NCBI GenBank assembly: GCA_036338695.1
Contig: JAYZBQ010000076.1
Location: forward strand, 930 to 64,929
Reading direction: 5' to 3'
Source of the DNA: Myxococcota bacterium
GTDB lineage: Bacteria > Myxococcota > UBA4151
Length of the DNA stretch: 64,000 nt
Part shown: positions 35,710 through 45,894 of the stretch, one piece after another
How the letters are laid out: every line of letters begins with the position of its first letter
Numbering within the stretch: the stretch's first letter is position 1
Notes under the pieces: model-generated
What the model was told of the DNA's origin: nothing
Database searches by the model: none
The model's input: only the letters and a program-made list of their open reading frames with translations
Made by a program: the position numbers and the translations under genes

Positions 35710-36737
35710 TGCGGATCGCCGTCATCGGCGCTTCGGGGTACACCGGCGCCGAGATGCTCCGCCTGATCGAGGTGCACCCGCATCTCGAGGGGGCCGGCGT
35801 CTACGCGAACAGGACCGCCGGCGAACCGCTCGGGGCGATCTACCCACATCTTGATCGCTCGCTCGCCCAGCGCATCGAGGCGGTGGATCTCGAGCGCATC
35901 GCCGAAACAGCTGACTGGGTTGTGCTGGGTTTACCGCACGGCACCAGCGCGTCGCTCGCGCAAGAAGCTTTGGCGCTCGGGCTTGGTGTGGTCGACCTGA
36001 GCGCCTCGTTTCGGCTGCCGGCAGCTTGCTATGCACAACACTACGGCGAGCACCCCTGCCCCGAGCTGATCGATCAGGCCGTCTACGGTCTGCCCGAGCT
36101 GTTTCGTGCGTCGCTACCCGGCGCTCGCCTGATCGCAGGTCCTGGCTGCTTCCCGACGGGTGTGACCCTCGCCTGCGTTGCGTTTTATCGGGCGGGTCTC
36201 GTCGCTCCCCGCACGCTCATCGCCGACTGCAAAACCGGGGTCACGGGGGCGGGCGCTCAAGCGAGCCAGACGACCCATTTTGCGCGCGTCGCCGACACGG
36301 TCACGCCCTACAAGGTGGAGGGGCACCGCCACGCACCCGAGATCGCGCACAATCTGAGCGGCTCCTTCGAGGTGCCCGTCCGGTTTACGCCTCACCTGTT
36401 GCCGATTCGGCGCGGGATCCTCTCAACCTGTTACCTGCCGCTGCTGCCCGGGGTAGACCAAGGCAGCCTCGATCAAGCCCTCGCTGCGTTCTGCGCCGAT
36501 GAGCGCTTCGTCCATCAACTGCCCGGCGGCCTACAGCCCAGCCTGGCGCGGGTGGCGGGCACGAATGAGGTCGAGGTGCAGGTGGTTTACGACGCCGACC
36601 ATCAGCTCGCCGTGGTGACCTGCGCCATCGATAACCTGTGCAAAGGGAGCTCGGGCGGCGCAATGCAGGCGCTGAACGTGGCGCTTGGGTTCGACGAGGG
36701 CGCAGGGCTCGATCAGCTCACGCCGCCGGCGCCGTAA
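35706..36737 (+). CDS. argC: N-acetyl-gamma-glutamyl-phosphate reductase ArgC
   Basis: MMRIAVIGASGYTGAEMLRL and the active-site Cys region GPGCFPTG. Confidence 0.9.
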   Translation: MMRIAVIGASGYTGAEMLRLIEVHPHLEGAGVYANRTAGEPLGAIYPHLDRSLAQRIEAVDLERIAETADWVVLGLPHGTSASLAQEALALGLGVVDLSASFRLPAACYAQHYGEHPCPELIDQAVYGLPELFRASLPGARLIAGPGCFPTGVTLACVAFYRAGLVAPRTLIADCKTGVTGAGAQASQTTHFARVADTVTPYKVEGHRHAPEIAHNLSGSFEVPVRFTPHLLPIRRGILSTCYLPLLPGVDQGSLDQALAAFCADERFVHQLPGGLQPSLARVAGTNEVEVQVVYDADHQLAVVTCAIDNLCKGSSGGAMQALNVALGFDEGAGLDQLTPPAP

Positions 36738-37908
36738 AGGAGCCTGCCTCGAGCGCGCTGAGCTCGTCGTGCAGGCACTCTGGGGTCAGCGATTCGAGCG
36801 CGAGTTCCGATTCAGGGTAGCGAAAAATGTCACCTCGAAAGTTCCGAAAGATCAAGCTGCCCGCCTCGAGGGCGATGACGTAGTTCGGCGAGAGCGGTAT
36901 CTTCCCGCCGCCGCCGGGCGCGTCGAGGATGTAGTGAGGGCTCGCCATGCCCGACATGTGACCGCGCAGCCCGCGCAGGATGCGGAGCCCGGTGGCGATC
37001 GAGGTACGAAAATGGCTGACGCCCTCAGCCAGGTCGCATTGAAGCATGTAGTAGGGTTTGACCCTCATCTGCAGCAGGCGCTCGTTCAACTCGGCGACCC
37101 GCTCGACCGAGTCGTTGATGCGTCTCATCAGCACCATCTGGTTGTTCATCGGCGTCCCCGATGAGGCGATCCGGTCACATGCATCCCACGCCGCCTCGGT
37201 GGTCTCTTCGATGCAGTTGAAGTGGGTGTTAAAGAAGATGCTTAGATGGCGAGTTTGGTAGGTGCGCAGCAGCTCGGCGAGGTCGGCGTCGCAGCGCTGC
37301 GGGAGCGTCACGAGGTTGCGTGAACCGAGCCGGCAGTACTTGATGTGGGGGATGTTGCTGAGCTCATCGAAAATGAGCGCGAGTCGATCGTTTGAGAGGC
37401 TGAGTGGGTCGCCGCCGCTGATGACGACATCTCGGATCTCTGGGTGCGCCCGTAGGTAGTCAAACGCCTGTCGATAGTCACTCTTGCTGGGCATCGAGCG
37501 GGGGTCCGAGACTTTGCGTTTTCGGGTGCAGAAGCGGCAGTACACCGGGCAGTTGTGGTTGGTGTAGAGGAGCGCTCGGTCTGGGTAGCGGTGCGTCAAA
37601 CCGGGCGCCACCATGAAGCGCTCTTCACCCAGAGGGTCGCTCAGATCGCTCGGCGCCTTCTGGAGCTCTTCGAGCTGTGGGACCGCCTGGAGGCGGATCG
37701 GGCAGCTCGGGTCGTCCGGGTTGATCAGCGACGCGTAGTAAGGTGTGATCGCCGTGCGAAAGACCGCCTGGGTTTGCTCGAACGCTTGGCGCTCAGCTGG
37801 CGACGGCTCGATCCATTGCTCGAGCTGCGCAAGGGTGCGGATCCGGTGCCGCTGTTGCCAGCGCCAGTCAGCCCATTCATCCGCGGTCCAGGTCACTTCT
37901 TTTTTCAC
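36718..37908 (-). CDS. KamA-family radical-SAM aminomutase (lysine 2,3-aminomutase-like)
   Basis: CPVYCRFCTRKR (CxxxCxxC). N-terminus VKKEVTWTADEWADWRWQQRHRI. GTG at 37908 with GAGGA 5 nt upstream. The longer ORF to 38379 is Arg-rich run-on. The 3' end overlaps argC convergently by 20 nt. Confidence 0.8.
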   Translation of the reverse strand: MKKEVTWTADEWADWRWQQRHRIRTLAQLEQWIEPSPAERQAFEQTQAVFRTAITPYYASLINPDDPSCPIRLQAVPQLEELQKAPSDLSDPLGEERFMVAPGLTHRYPDRALLYTNHNCPVYCRFCTRKRKVSDPRSMPSKSDYRQAFDYLRAHPEIRDVVISGGDPLSLSNDRLALIFDELSNIPHIKYCRLGSRNLVTLPQRCDADLAELLRTYQTRHLSIFFNTHFNCIEETTEAAWDACDRIASSGTPMNNQMVLMRRINDSVERVAELNERLLQMRVKPYYMLQCDLAEGVSHFRTSIATGLRILRGLRGHMSGMASPHYILDAPGGGGKIPLSPNYVIALEAGSLIFRNFRGDIFRYPESELALESLTPECLHDELSALEAGSFTAPAA

Positions 37909-38028
37909 GCGATGTCCTCGTCGGTTGGCGCAGCGTCTCGGCCACTGACCATGGTGTCCCAAGGCGCTGGTTTCAAGCCCCGCTGGCGCGCAGCCGCTCA
38001 GAGCGCTAGAGCGTCTGCGTGGGGGGTG

Positions 38029-39459
38029 ATGCGTTCCATTCGTGAAGCAGCGGTCGTCGTGCCGGTTTGTGGGCCGCGCGTGCTCCTTTGCGAGCGCGCC
38101 GCGCACCTGCGTTTTCTGCCTGGGTTCTACTCCTTCCCCGGAGGCGCCGTGGAGCCGGGCGATGATGAGCCTCAGACCGAGGGGCCGGGTCCACGCGCCG
38201 CACGCCACGCGGCGCTGCGCGAGCTGATCGAGGAGGTGGGCGTGGGTGAGCCGCCTGCGCCGCAAGGTGGAGGTGAATGGGGCCCCGCACAGTGGGCTAA
38301 GCAGACCGACTGGAGCCGCTGGCGCTATCTCGGTGAGTGGACGACGCCCGCCTATGCTCACATTCGCTTTCGGACACACTTCTTTTCATACGAGTTGGAT
38401 GCGTGCGTCCCGCCGAGGCCTAACCCAGAGGTGGCGCAAGCGTTTTGGGCCGTGCGCGACGAGGTGGTGGCGCGGTGGCGTCGGGGTGAGCTGCCTGCGA
38501 CGCCGCCTGTATTGGCTGCGCTCGATGTGGCGCTTGGTCACGCAGAGCCCTTTGAGCGAGCCGGTGACGAGCGCTCGGTTTTGTGTGCGGGCGGAGCCAT
38601 CGCTTACCTGCCGCTCGTCACCCCGACCCTCCCCCCGGCGACGCACACCAACTGTTGCTTCGTGCGCGGCGGGGGCGAGCTGTATGTCGTCGACCCTGCG
38701 CCAACCGATCCCGAGGAGCGTATGCTGCTCTGGCGGTCCCTCCAAGACCTGAGTGCAGAAGGGGGCGCCCTGGCTGGGGTCATCCTGACGCACCTGCACC
38801 ACGACCACCTGGGCGCCGCCGCCTGGCTTGCCGAGCGCGCACAGGTGCCGATCCTCGCAAGCGAGCAGACTCGCCTAGACCTTGCGAGTGGCTTAGGCGG
38901 CGGGATGAGCGCGGGGGGGTATCGCAGCGACGCCCTGCCTGTGGTCACGCACGACCTGTGCGATGGCGATCTGATCGCAGGCGACTGGCGCATTGTGGCG
39001 ACGCCGGGGCACGCGAGAGGCCATATCTGCCTATGGCATGAGCGCACTGGCTCGCTGATCGCAGGCGATATGATCGCATCAGGCTCGACCATTCTGATCG
39101 AGCCCGAACAGGGCGATATGGGGCTCTATCTTCAAAGCCTTGAGCGCTTAGCGGCGCTCGAACCCCGCCTGATCGTCCCATCGCATGGCCTCCCCCTTGC
39201 GCGTGGTCGAGAGGCCCTGCTTGGGCTGCGTGATCATCGCTTGAAGCGAGAGCAGAAAACGCTGGAGGCGCTGGAAGCGACGGAGCCCGCCGAGCGAGCC
39301 GCGTTGGTTGGACACGTCTACGACGACACGCCCTCCTTTTTGTGGCCGCTCGCCGAGTTGAGCTTGCAGAGCCATCTCGAAAAGCTGGAGCGCGAAGGGC
39401 GCGTCCGTCGATCGGTCGATGGACAGTGGTCGGTTGACGCGGGGGGCGAACCCGCATAG
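38029..39459 (+). CDS. Nudix hydrolase - metallo-beta-lactamase-fold fusion protein
   Basis: N-terminal Nudix fold with box ...RELIEEVGV after FPGGAVEPGDDE (the box is interrupted by an insertion). C-terminal MBL domain with ILTHLHHDHLGAAAWL (HxHxDH) plus later His and Asp ligands. Start is uncertain (ATG at 37912, 37952 or 38029). Confidence 0.65.
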   Translation: MRSIREAAVVVPVCGPRVLLCERAAHLRFLPGFYSFPGGAVEPGDDEPQTEGPGPRAARHAALRELIEEVGVGEPPAPQGGGEWGPAQWAKQTDWSRWRYLGEWTTPAYAHIRFRTHFFSYELDACVPPRPNPEVAQAFWAVRDEVVARWRRGELPATPPVLAALDVALGHAEPFERAGDERSVLCAGGAIAYLPLVTPTLPPATHTNCCFVRGGGELYVVDPAPTDPEERMLLWRSLQDLSAEGGALAGVILTHLHHDHLGAAAWLAERAQVPILASEQTRLDLASGLGGGMSAGGYRSDALPVVTHDLCDGDLIAGDWRIVATPGHARGHICLWHERTGSLIAGDMIASGSTILIEPEQGDMGLYLQSLERLAALEPRLIVPSHGLPLARGREALLGLRDHRLKREQKTLEALEATEPAERAALVGHVYDDTPSFLWPLAELSLQSHLEKLEREGRVRRSVDGQWSVDAGGEPA

Positions 39460-39501
39460 CGAGTTCACCCGACCGTAGAGGTCGGAAAATGTTTTTTTAT
39501 C

Positions 39502-40245
39502 GTGACGGTGATCGCAGCTATTCCTGCTCGTTTTGGTTCGACGCGCTTGCCGGGCAAGCTGCTGCTCGACCTCGGCGGCCGGCCGATCATCGCCCACGTG
39601 GTAGCGGCTGCACAGCGCAGCGAGCTCATCGATGAGGTGCTGGTCGCAACCGATCATGACGCCATCGCACAGGCAGCGCAGGCGGCGGGCGCTGACGTGG
39701 TGATGACCGACCCTGCGTTGCCCTCCGGCTCGGACCGCATCGGCGCAGCGCTGGCTGGTAGAACGTATGAGCTGGCGCTGAACATCCAAGGTGATGAGCC
39801 CGAGATCGACCCGGCGGCGCTCGACGCCTTGGTTCGTGCGATGCGCCAGAGCCCGAGCGCCGAGCTCGGTACCTTATCCGCTCCGCTCGCGCCGGGCGAG
39901 TTAAGCGATCCGAACGCCGTCAAGGTTGTGTGCGACCTGCAGGGCTTCGCGATGTACTTTAGCCGCGCCGCGCTCGGCGCTGACCGCGATGAGGTCCTCG
40001 GTGGTGCGGATGAGCCGTCTTCGGCGGCTCGTCGACATCTCGGGGTCTACGCGTATCGTCGCTCGGCGCTTGAGCAGTTTTTAGCGCTGACTCCGAGCCG
40101 TCTTGAGCGGCTCGAGCGGCTTGAGCAGCTGCGAGCGCTTGAGAATGGCTTGAAGATGATCGTTGTCCCGGTGGATAAGGCGCCGGCAGGGATCGACACG
40201 ACCCAAGATTTAGCGGCGGCGCGCCGTCGCTTCGGTGACGACTAA
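39502..40245 (+). CDS. kdsB: 3-deoxy-manno-octulosonate cytidylyltransferase KdsB
   Basis: MTVIAAIPARFGSTRLPGKLLLDLGGRPII. Confidence 0.9.
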   Translation: MTVIAAIPARFGSTRLPGKLLLDLGGRPIIAHVVAAAQRSELIDEVLVATDHDAIAQAAQAAGADVVMTDPALPSGSDRIGAALAGRTYELALNIQGDEPEIDPAALDALVRAMRQSPSAELGTLSAPLAPGELSDPNAVKVVCDLQGFAMYFSRAALGADRDEVLGGADEPSSAARRHLGVYAYRRSALEQFLALTPSRLERLERLEQLRALENGLKMIVVPVDKAPAGIDTTQDLAAARRRFGDD

Positions 40246-40254
40246 GGGAATTTT

Positions 40255-41868
40255 ATGAAGCGCTCTCCAAAATACATCTTCTTCACCGGTGGCGTCGTCT
40301 CGTCGCTGGGTAAGGGCTTGGCTGCGGCCTCGACGGGGGCGCTCCTCGAAGCGCGCGGGTTGACGGTCACCAACATGAAGATGGACCCGTACCTCAACGT
40401 CGACCCGGGGACCATGAGCCCGTATCAGCACGGCGAGGTTTTTGTCACCGACGACGGCGCCGAGACCGACCTTGACCTCGGTCACTATGAGCGCTTCACG
40501 CACAGTCGGCTGAGCCAGGCGAACAACGTGACCAGCGGGCGAGTCTATTGGTCGGTGCTCGAGCGCGAGCGGCGCGGTGACTACCTGGGTAAGACCATCC
40601 AAGTCATCCCGCACATCACCGATGAAATTAAGCGCCGAATTCGCGACACGGCGCAGAGCAGCGGGGCCGACATCTGCATCGTCGAGATCGGCGGAACGGT
40701 CGGGGACATCGAGAGCCTGCCTTTCCTCGAGGCGATCCGTCAGATTCGCAATGAGGAGGGGCATCAAAACACGGCGCTCGTCCACCTCACCTTGGTCCCA
40801 TACATCGCCGCAGCCGGTGAGATGAAAACCAAGCCAACCCAGCACTCGGTCAAAGAGCTGTTGGGCATCGGGTTGGGCTGCGATTTTCTGTTGTGCCGCT
40901 CCGAGGAGCCCCTCGCTGAAGAGCTGAAGCAAAAGATCTCTGCCTTCTGTAATGTGGCGCCGCGCGCGGTGATCTCAGCCTATGATGTGCGCTGCATCTA
41001 CGAGCTGCCGCTGGTGCTCAATGAGCAAGGGCTGGACGCCCAGATCTGTGATGCGCTCAATATTTGGACGGGCGCGCCGCGTTTGGACGGCTGGCACTCG
41101 GTGGTGCGGCGCTACCTCGAGCCGAAGAACGGCGAGGTCACGATCGGTGTTGTCGGGAAATACGTTGGGCTCGTCGAGAGCTACAAGAGCTTGAACGAAG
41201 CCTTGGCGCACGCCGGGATGCACCACGACGTGCGGCTGAATATTGAGTATTTGGACTCGGAGGCCATCGAGACAGACGATGAGCCCTTGCGCAAGGTAGA
41301 CGGTGTGCTGGTCCCGGGCGGCTTTGGCGAGCGCGGCTCGGAAGGGAAGATCGCAGCGATTCGCTTTGCTCGTGAGCAGAAGGTCCCATACTTTGGGATC
41401 TGCCTAGGGATGCAGCTCGCGGTGGTCGAGCATGCCCGGCACTGCGCTGCGCTCGATGGCGCCAACTCGATCGAGCTTGCGCCCGAGACCGAGCACCCGG
41501 TCATCAGCTTGATGGAGGCGCAGAAGCAGGAGGCTGACCTCGGCGGGACGATGCGTCTGGGCGCCTATGACTGCTCGCTGAGCGCAGGGAGTCGGAGCGC
41601 CGCTGCCTACGGTCAAGAGCAGATCTCGGAGCGGCACCGGCATCGGTTTGAATTCAACGACGCCTTCCGATCTCAGCTTGAGGATACGGGGCTCGTGATC
41701 GCCGGCGTTCACGACCAAAGCGGCTTAGTCGAGGTGGTCGAGCGCGCCGATCATCCTTGGTTCGTTGGCTGTCAGTTTCACCCTGAATTTAAGTCGCGAC
41801 CCGGTGAGCCTCACCCGCTGTTTCGGGACTTTATCGCCGCATCGATCGACGCCCGGGGCGCATCATGA
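40255..41868 (+). CDS. pyrG: CTP synthase PyrG
   Basis: [21 protein letters not shown]; glutamine amidotransferase domain GICLGMQ. Confidence 0.95.
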   Translation: MKRSPKYIFFTGGVVSSLGKGLAAASTGALLEARGLTVTNMKMDPYLNVDPGTMSPYQHGEVFVTDDGAETDLDLGHYERFTHSRLSQANNVTSGRVYWSVLERERRGDYLGKTIQVIPHITDEIKRRIRDTAQSSGADICIVEIGGTVGDIESLPFLEAIRQIRNEEGHQNTALVHLTLVPYIAAAGEMKTKPTQHSVKELLGIGLGCDFLLCRSEEPLAEELKQKISAFCNVAPRAVISAYDVRCIYELPLVLNEQGLDAQICDALNIWTGAPRLDGWHSVVRRYLEPKNGEVTIGVVGKYVGLVESYKSLNEALAHAGMHHDVRLNIEYLDSEAIETDDEPLRKVDGVLVPGGFGERGSEGKIAAIRFAREQKVPYFGICLGMQLAVVEHARHCAALDGANSIELAPETEHPVISLMEAQKQEADLGGTMRLGAYDCSLSAGSRSAAAYGQEQISERHRHRFEFNDAFRSQLEDTGLVIAGVHDQSGLVEVVERADHPWFVGCQFHPEFKSRPGEPHPLFRDFIAASIDARGAS

Positions 41869-42674
41869 GCGCCGCCGTTCAGGTGGGTTCGTACCTTGTC
41901 GGCTCCGGTCAGCCGCTTCTGCTGATCGCAGGGAACTGCGTCGTCGAGTCGCTTGAGACCGCGTTGCGGACGGCCGAGGTGGTCCAGCGCGAAGCGACAA
42001 GACGCACGCTCAACCCTGTCTTCAAGGCGAGCTTCGATAAGGCGAACCGGACACGGCGCGACTCGCACCGAGGCCCTGGAATGGACGCTGGCTTAGAGGT
42101 GCTCGCCCAGGTCAAGAAGCAAACCGGCTTGCCGATTTTGACCGACGTCCACCTGCCATCGCATTGCGAAGCGGCAGCGCAAGTCGCCGACGTTCTACAG
42201 ATCCCCGCCTTTTTATGTCGGCAGACGGACCTCCTTGAGGCGGCCGCTGCGACGGGACGGGTGGTCAACATCAAGAAGGGGCAGTTTGTCGGCCCTGAGG
42301 CGATGCAGCATGCCGTCGCCAAAATCCATGAGGCGGGTCAGCCGCATGCGCTTTTGACCGAGCGTGGCAGCTCGTTTGGTTACGGCGACCTCATCGTCGA
42401 CTACCGCGGCTTCTCGACGCTGCGCTCGTTCGCTCCCCTCATCTTTGACGCCACGCACTCCGCTCAGAAACCGGCGGGCAGCGGCGGCGTGACCGGAGGG
42501 GACCGGCGCCTCGCCTTGCCCCTTGCGCGTGCCGCCGTCGCGGTCGGGGTTGATGGGCTCTTTATGGAAATCCACCCGGACCCCGAGCGCGCCCTATCGG
42601 ACGCGGCGAATAGCCTGGATTTTGACCTGTTTACCCGTTTGCTTGATGATGTGGTCCGGTTACGAGAGGCGTAA
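41865..42674 (+). CDS. kdsA: 2-dehydro-3-deoxyphosphooctonate aldolase KdsA
   Basis: Full-length KDO8P synthase (DAHP synthase I fold); ...[11 protein letters not shown].... Confidence 0.9.
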   Translation: MSAAVQVGSYLVGSGQPLLLIAGNCVVESLETALRTAEVVQREATRRTLNPVFKASFDKANRTRRDSHRGPGMDAGLEVLAQVKKQTGLPILTDVHLPSHCEAAAQVADVLQIPAFLCRQTDLLEAAAATGRVVNIKKGQFVGPEAMQHAVAKIHEAGQPHALLTERGSSFGYGDLIVDYRGFSTLRSFAPLIFDATHSAQKPAGSGGVTGGDRRLALPLARAAVAVGVDGLFMEIHPDPERALSDAANSLDFDLFTRLLDDVVRLREA

Positions 42675-43172
42675 ATGAGCGAGCTGGCTTGGGGTGAAGT
42701 CGAGATGTTGGTGCTCGATGTTGACGGGGTGCTGACCGACGGGGGCCTATGGGTCGCCGCCGATGGCGCCGTCACCAAGCGCTTCTTTGTGCGCGACGGC
42801 TCTGGCATTGTTCGTCTTCAGCGCGCCGGCGTCCCCGTCGTCTGGTTGACTGGGCGCGCCGACCCGGCGGTCACTGCGCGCGCCGAGGAGCTCGGCATCG
42901 CTCGCCTCATCGCCGGCAGCCACGATAAAGCCAGCGCACTCCACAGCTTGAGCTTATCAATGGGTGTGCCGACGAGCGCTATGGCCTATGTCGGCGATGA
43001 CCTACTCGATCTGCCGGCGATCCGTTTAGCGGGGCTTACGGTGGCGCCGAGTGACGCGGCGGAGCCGGTCAAGCGTGAGGTCGATCACGTGGCGCACCTA
43101 GCCGGCGGGCAAGGTGTGGTGCGCTGGGTGTGCGATCAGCGGATCGCCGCCAAACAGGGGCAGGGCGCGTGA
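42675..43172 (+). CDS. kdsC: KDO 8-phosphate phosphatase KdsC (HAD)
   Basis: VLDVDGVLTDGGLWV...YVGDDLLDLP. Confidence 0.8.
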   Translation: MSELAWGEVEMLVLDVDGVLTDGGLWVAADGAVTKRFFVRDGSGIVRLQRAGVPVVWLTGRADPAVTARAEELGIARLIAGSHDKASALHSLSLSMGVPTSAMAYVGDDLLDLPAIRLAGLTVAPSDAAEPVKREVDHVAHLAGGQGVVRWVCDQRIAAKQGQGA

Positions 43173-43597
43173 TCGCTGCGCTGATCCTCCTGGTCGCAGC
43201 GCCCGCTCAACCGGACAAAGAGGTCCGATTCCAGGCAGATAATTGCAGCTACGGCCGGGCGATGTCCGAGGCGGTCTGCGTCGGGCGTGTGCGCGTCCAG
43301 CGCGCCGATGCGCGGCTCCGGTGCCGAAAATTAACCGTGCAGTTTGACGCGCAAGGCAGGGTGCGCCGGCTCGATTGCGAAGGTGCCGTCAAATTCCGTC
43401 GCGGTGACGTGGAGGAGGCGTCAGCTTCGACCGCTCGCTACACGCGTGACGACGCTCGAGTGGTGCTGGAAGGGGAGGCCTCGCTTCGGCGCGGGCGCGC
43501 TCGTCTGGCGGGTCAGCGTGTGATCTTTTTGCTCGATGACGATCAAGTCCGCGTCGAAGGTCAGGCGCGCGGGCGCTTCAACAACGAGGCGCGTTAG
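43130..43597 (+). CDS. LptA/LptC-family (OstA-like) LPS transport protein
   Basis: Signal/anchor MRSADRRQTGAGRVIAALILLVAAPAQP followed by an OstA-like beta-jellyroll. Sits between kdsC and lptB, the position LptC/LptA usually occupy. Only one such gene is present. Confidence 0.55.
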   Translation: MRSADRRQTGAGRVIAALILLVAAPAQPDKEVRFQADNCSYGRAMSEAVCVGRVRVQRADARLRCRKLTVQFDAQGRVRRLDCEGAVKFRRGDVEEASASTARYTRDDARVVLEGEASLRRGRARLAGQRVIFLLDDDQVRVEGQARGRFNNEAR

Positions 43598-44319
43598 TGC
43601 CCTCGTTACTCGAAGCCAAATCGCTGGTCCGATCGTTTGGCGAGCGCCGCGTCGTGGATGAGGTCAGCTTAGCGCTCGAGCAGGGTCAAGTGCTTGGTCT
43701 GCTCGGACCTAATGGCGCTGGAAAAACAACAACCTTTCGAATGATCGCTGGGCTGCTCAAGCCGGACCGTGGCTCAGTTTTGATCGACGGCGAAGACGTC
43801 ACTAAGATGCCCTTGTACCGACGCGCAAGCCGAGGACTTGGCTACCTTGCGCAGCGCGGCGGCCTCTTCCCCGGCTTGGACGTGCGCGCTAATTTGTTGG
43901 TGGCGGGAGAGATCGCTGGCCTCTCAACATCCGAGGCGGGACACCGAGCCGAGGAGGTGATGGAGCGGCTCAAGCTGTCGCATGTCGCTGGCGGGCGTGA
44001 GACGACCCTCAGCGGCGGTGAGCGCCGGCGCGCCGAGATCGCACGAGCGCTCATGGTGCGGCCTCGGATGCTGCTCTTTGATGAGCCTTTTGCGGGGGTG
44101 GACCCGATGGCTGTGACCTCGTTGCAGGCCGAGATGCGCGCCTTGGCAGACAGCGGCCTGTCGATCCTCATCACGGATCACGCCGTGGCGGCGACGTTTT
44201 CCATCTGTGATCAGGTCGCCGTGTTAAACGAAGGGCGCGTCCTCGTGGCGGGCGCTCCCGCTGTTGTTGAGGCGGACCCGCGTGTGCGAGCGACCTATCT
44301 GGGGCCGCAAAACGCCTAA
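43597..44319 (+). CDS. lptB: LPS export ABC transporter ATPase LptB
   Basis: Walker A GPNGAGKTTTF, ABC signature LSGGERRR, Walker B LLFDEP. Confidence 0.85.
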   Translation: MPSLLEAKSLVRSFGERRVVDEVSLALEQGQVLGLLGPNGAGKTTTFRMIAGLLKPDRGSVLIDGEDVTKMPLYRRASRGLGYLAQRGGLFPGLDVRANLLVAGEIAGLSTSEAGHRAEEVMERLKLSHVAGGRETTLSGGERRRAEIARALMVRPRMLLFDEPFAGVDPMAVTSLQAEMRALADSGLSILITDHAVAATFSICDQVAVLNEGRVLVAGAPAVVEADPRVRATYLGPQNA

Positions 44320-44393
44320 CGGATCGGCTCCAAAATGAGCGGGGCCCTTGCGCCTTTGTCGCCCGCACACCACACTCCCCTGAGGAGTAGTGG

Positions 44394-45875
44394 TTGTTTC
44401 CTTCGCTTCAGCATAATTTAAAGATCACCACGCAGCTGCGCATGACACCGCAGCTTCAGCAGGCGGTGAAGCTGTTGCAGTACAACCGCGCTGAGCTGGT
44501 CGAGTTCATCAACACCGAGATGCTTGAGAACCCAACGCTCGAGGAGCGACCGGTCGAAGAGCCTGCGAGTGACCCTGCCGAGGGGCAAACCTTCTCGCCG
44601 AGCGACGACAACAAACCCATTCACTCGGCCACGGCGCAGAGCGCTGAGCAGGCGAGCGACGCAGAGGCGGTCCACAGCACGCAGATCGATTGGAACCGGG
44701 TCGACCTGAACGATACCACGCACCGCTTTCAGGCGGTTCGACCCGTCGATGATTTGCCGGGGTATGACCAGACGCTGTCGCGCAGCGAGACGCTGACCGA
44801 GCATCTGAGCTGGCAGCTGCGTATGTTGCGTCTCGACGAGGGGGTCCTTGAGGCGGCCTTTGAGCTCGTCCACAGCCTCGATGAGAAGGGGTGGTTCTCG
44901 GAAGGAATTGACGGCTGGCAGCAGCACATCGCTCAGTCTGAACGGAGCCCTGAGCTGCTTGAGCGGGCGCGCGCTCAGCTGCTGCAGCTCGACCCGGTTG
45001 GTGTCGGCGCGCTCGACCTCAAAGAGTGCCTGCTCGTGCAGCTCCGGTCCTTAAATCTGGAACATAGCCACGCCTACCGCCTGGTCGATGAGCACCTTGA
45101 GCTGCTCGGTAGCCTCGACCTGCGCCAGGTCGCTCGGACCGTGGGCATCTCGGTCGACGAGCTCGAAGAGGCGAAGGCGACCATCAGCACGCTCGAGCCT
45201 CGCCCTGGGCGAGCCTTTATGAGCGATGACCTCGAGCGAAACCCCTTCGTGACGCCGGATGTTCACTTCTTCAAAGAGGGCGACGAGTGGGTGGTCCGTC
45301 TCAACGAGGACGGGATGCCTCGCCTGCGCGTCTCGAAGTACTATCAGCGCGCCTATGAACGCGGCGGGCTCACCCCGAAGGAGCGCGAGTACGTCATCGA
45401 CCGGTTGCGCCGTGCGGAGTGGGTGACCAAGTGCATCCTGCAGCGGCAATCGACGATTCGCAAAGTCTGTGAGAGCATTCTGAGGTTCCAAGGCGAGTTC
45501 TTCGAGCGCGGACCGAAGTACCTCAAACCGCTGGTCTTGCGCGACGTCGCAGATGACATCGAGGCACACGAATCGACGGTCTCACGGGTGACCTCGAACA
45601 AATATGCCGAGACCCCTCAGGGGCTTTTGCCGCTCAAGTATTTCTTCTCCGCAAGGCTCGCGAGCAGCTCGGGCGGAGGCGACGTCAGCGCAGAGGCTGT
45701 TCGACAGCGGATCGCCGGCATGATCAAGAGCGAAGACGTGTCCAAACCATTTAGTGACTCGCAGATCGTCAAGTTACTCAAGGCGGAGGGGATTGAGATC
45801 GCCCGCCGAACCGTTGCAAAATATCGAGAGCAGTTATTGATTCCCGCGGCAGGAAAGCGCCGGATTAGACGCTAA
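44394..45875 (+). CDS. rpoN: RNA polymerase sigma-54 factor RpoN
   Basis: N-terminal LKITTQLRMTPQLQQAVKLLQ and C-terminal RpoN box ARRTVAKYRE. TTG start with GAGGAG 6 nt upstream. Confidence 0.9.
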   Translation: MFPSLQHNLKITTQLRMTPQLQQAVKLLQYNRAELVEFINTEMLENPTLEERPVEEPASDPAEGQTFSPSDDNKPIHSATAQSAEQASDAEAVHSTQIDWNRVDLNDTTHRFQAVRPVDDLPGYDQTLSRSETLTEHLSWQLRMLRLDEGVLEAAFELVHSLDEKGWFSEGIDGWQQHIAQSERSPELLERARAQLLQLDPVGVGALDLKECLLVQLRSLNLEHSHAYRLVDEHLELLGSLDLRQVARTVGISVDELEEAKATISTLEPRPGRAFMSDDLERNPFVTPDVHFFKEGDEWVVRLNEDGMPRLRVSKYYQRAYERGGLTPKEREYVIDRLRRAEWVTKCILQRQSTIRKVCESILRFQGEFFERGPKYLKPLVLRDVADDIEAHESTVSRVTSNKYAETPQGLLPLKYFFSARLASSSGGGDVSAEAVRQRIAGMIKSEDVSKPFSDSQIVKLLKAEGIEIARRTVAKYREQLLIPAAGKRRIRR

Positions 45876-45894
45876 CAACAAGGAGGAGCCCTGA

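Noticed and set aside
37908-38379. Long N-terminal extension of the KamA ORF (start at 38379) and of the Nudix-MBL ORF (start at 37555)
   Set aside because: The extensions are Arg-rich low-complexity run-ons overlapping each other on opposite strands. Shorter starts with a proper RBS (GTG at 37908) and domain boundaries (ATG at 38029) are more plausible.
43130-43597. Calling this single OstA-like gene specifically lptC or lptA
   Set aside because: Only one Lpt periplasmic gene lies between kdsC and lptB. Length and sequence do not discriminate between the two. Left as family-level.
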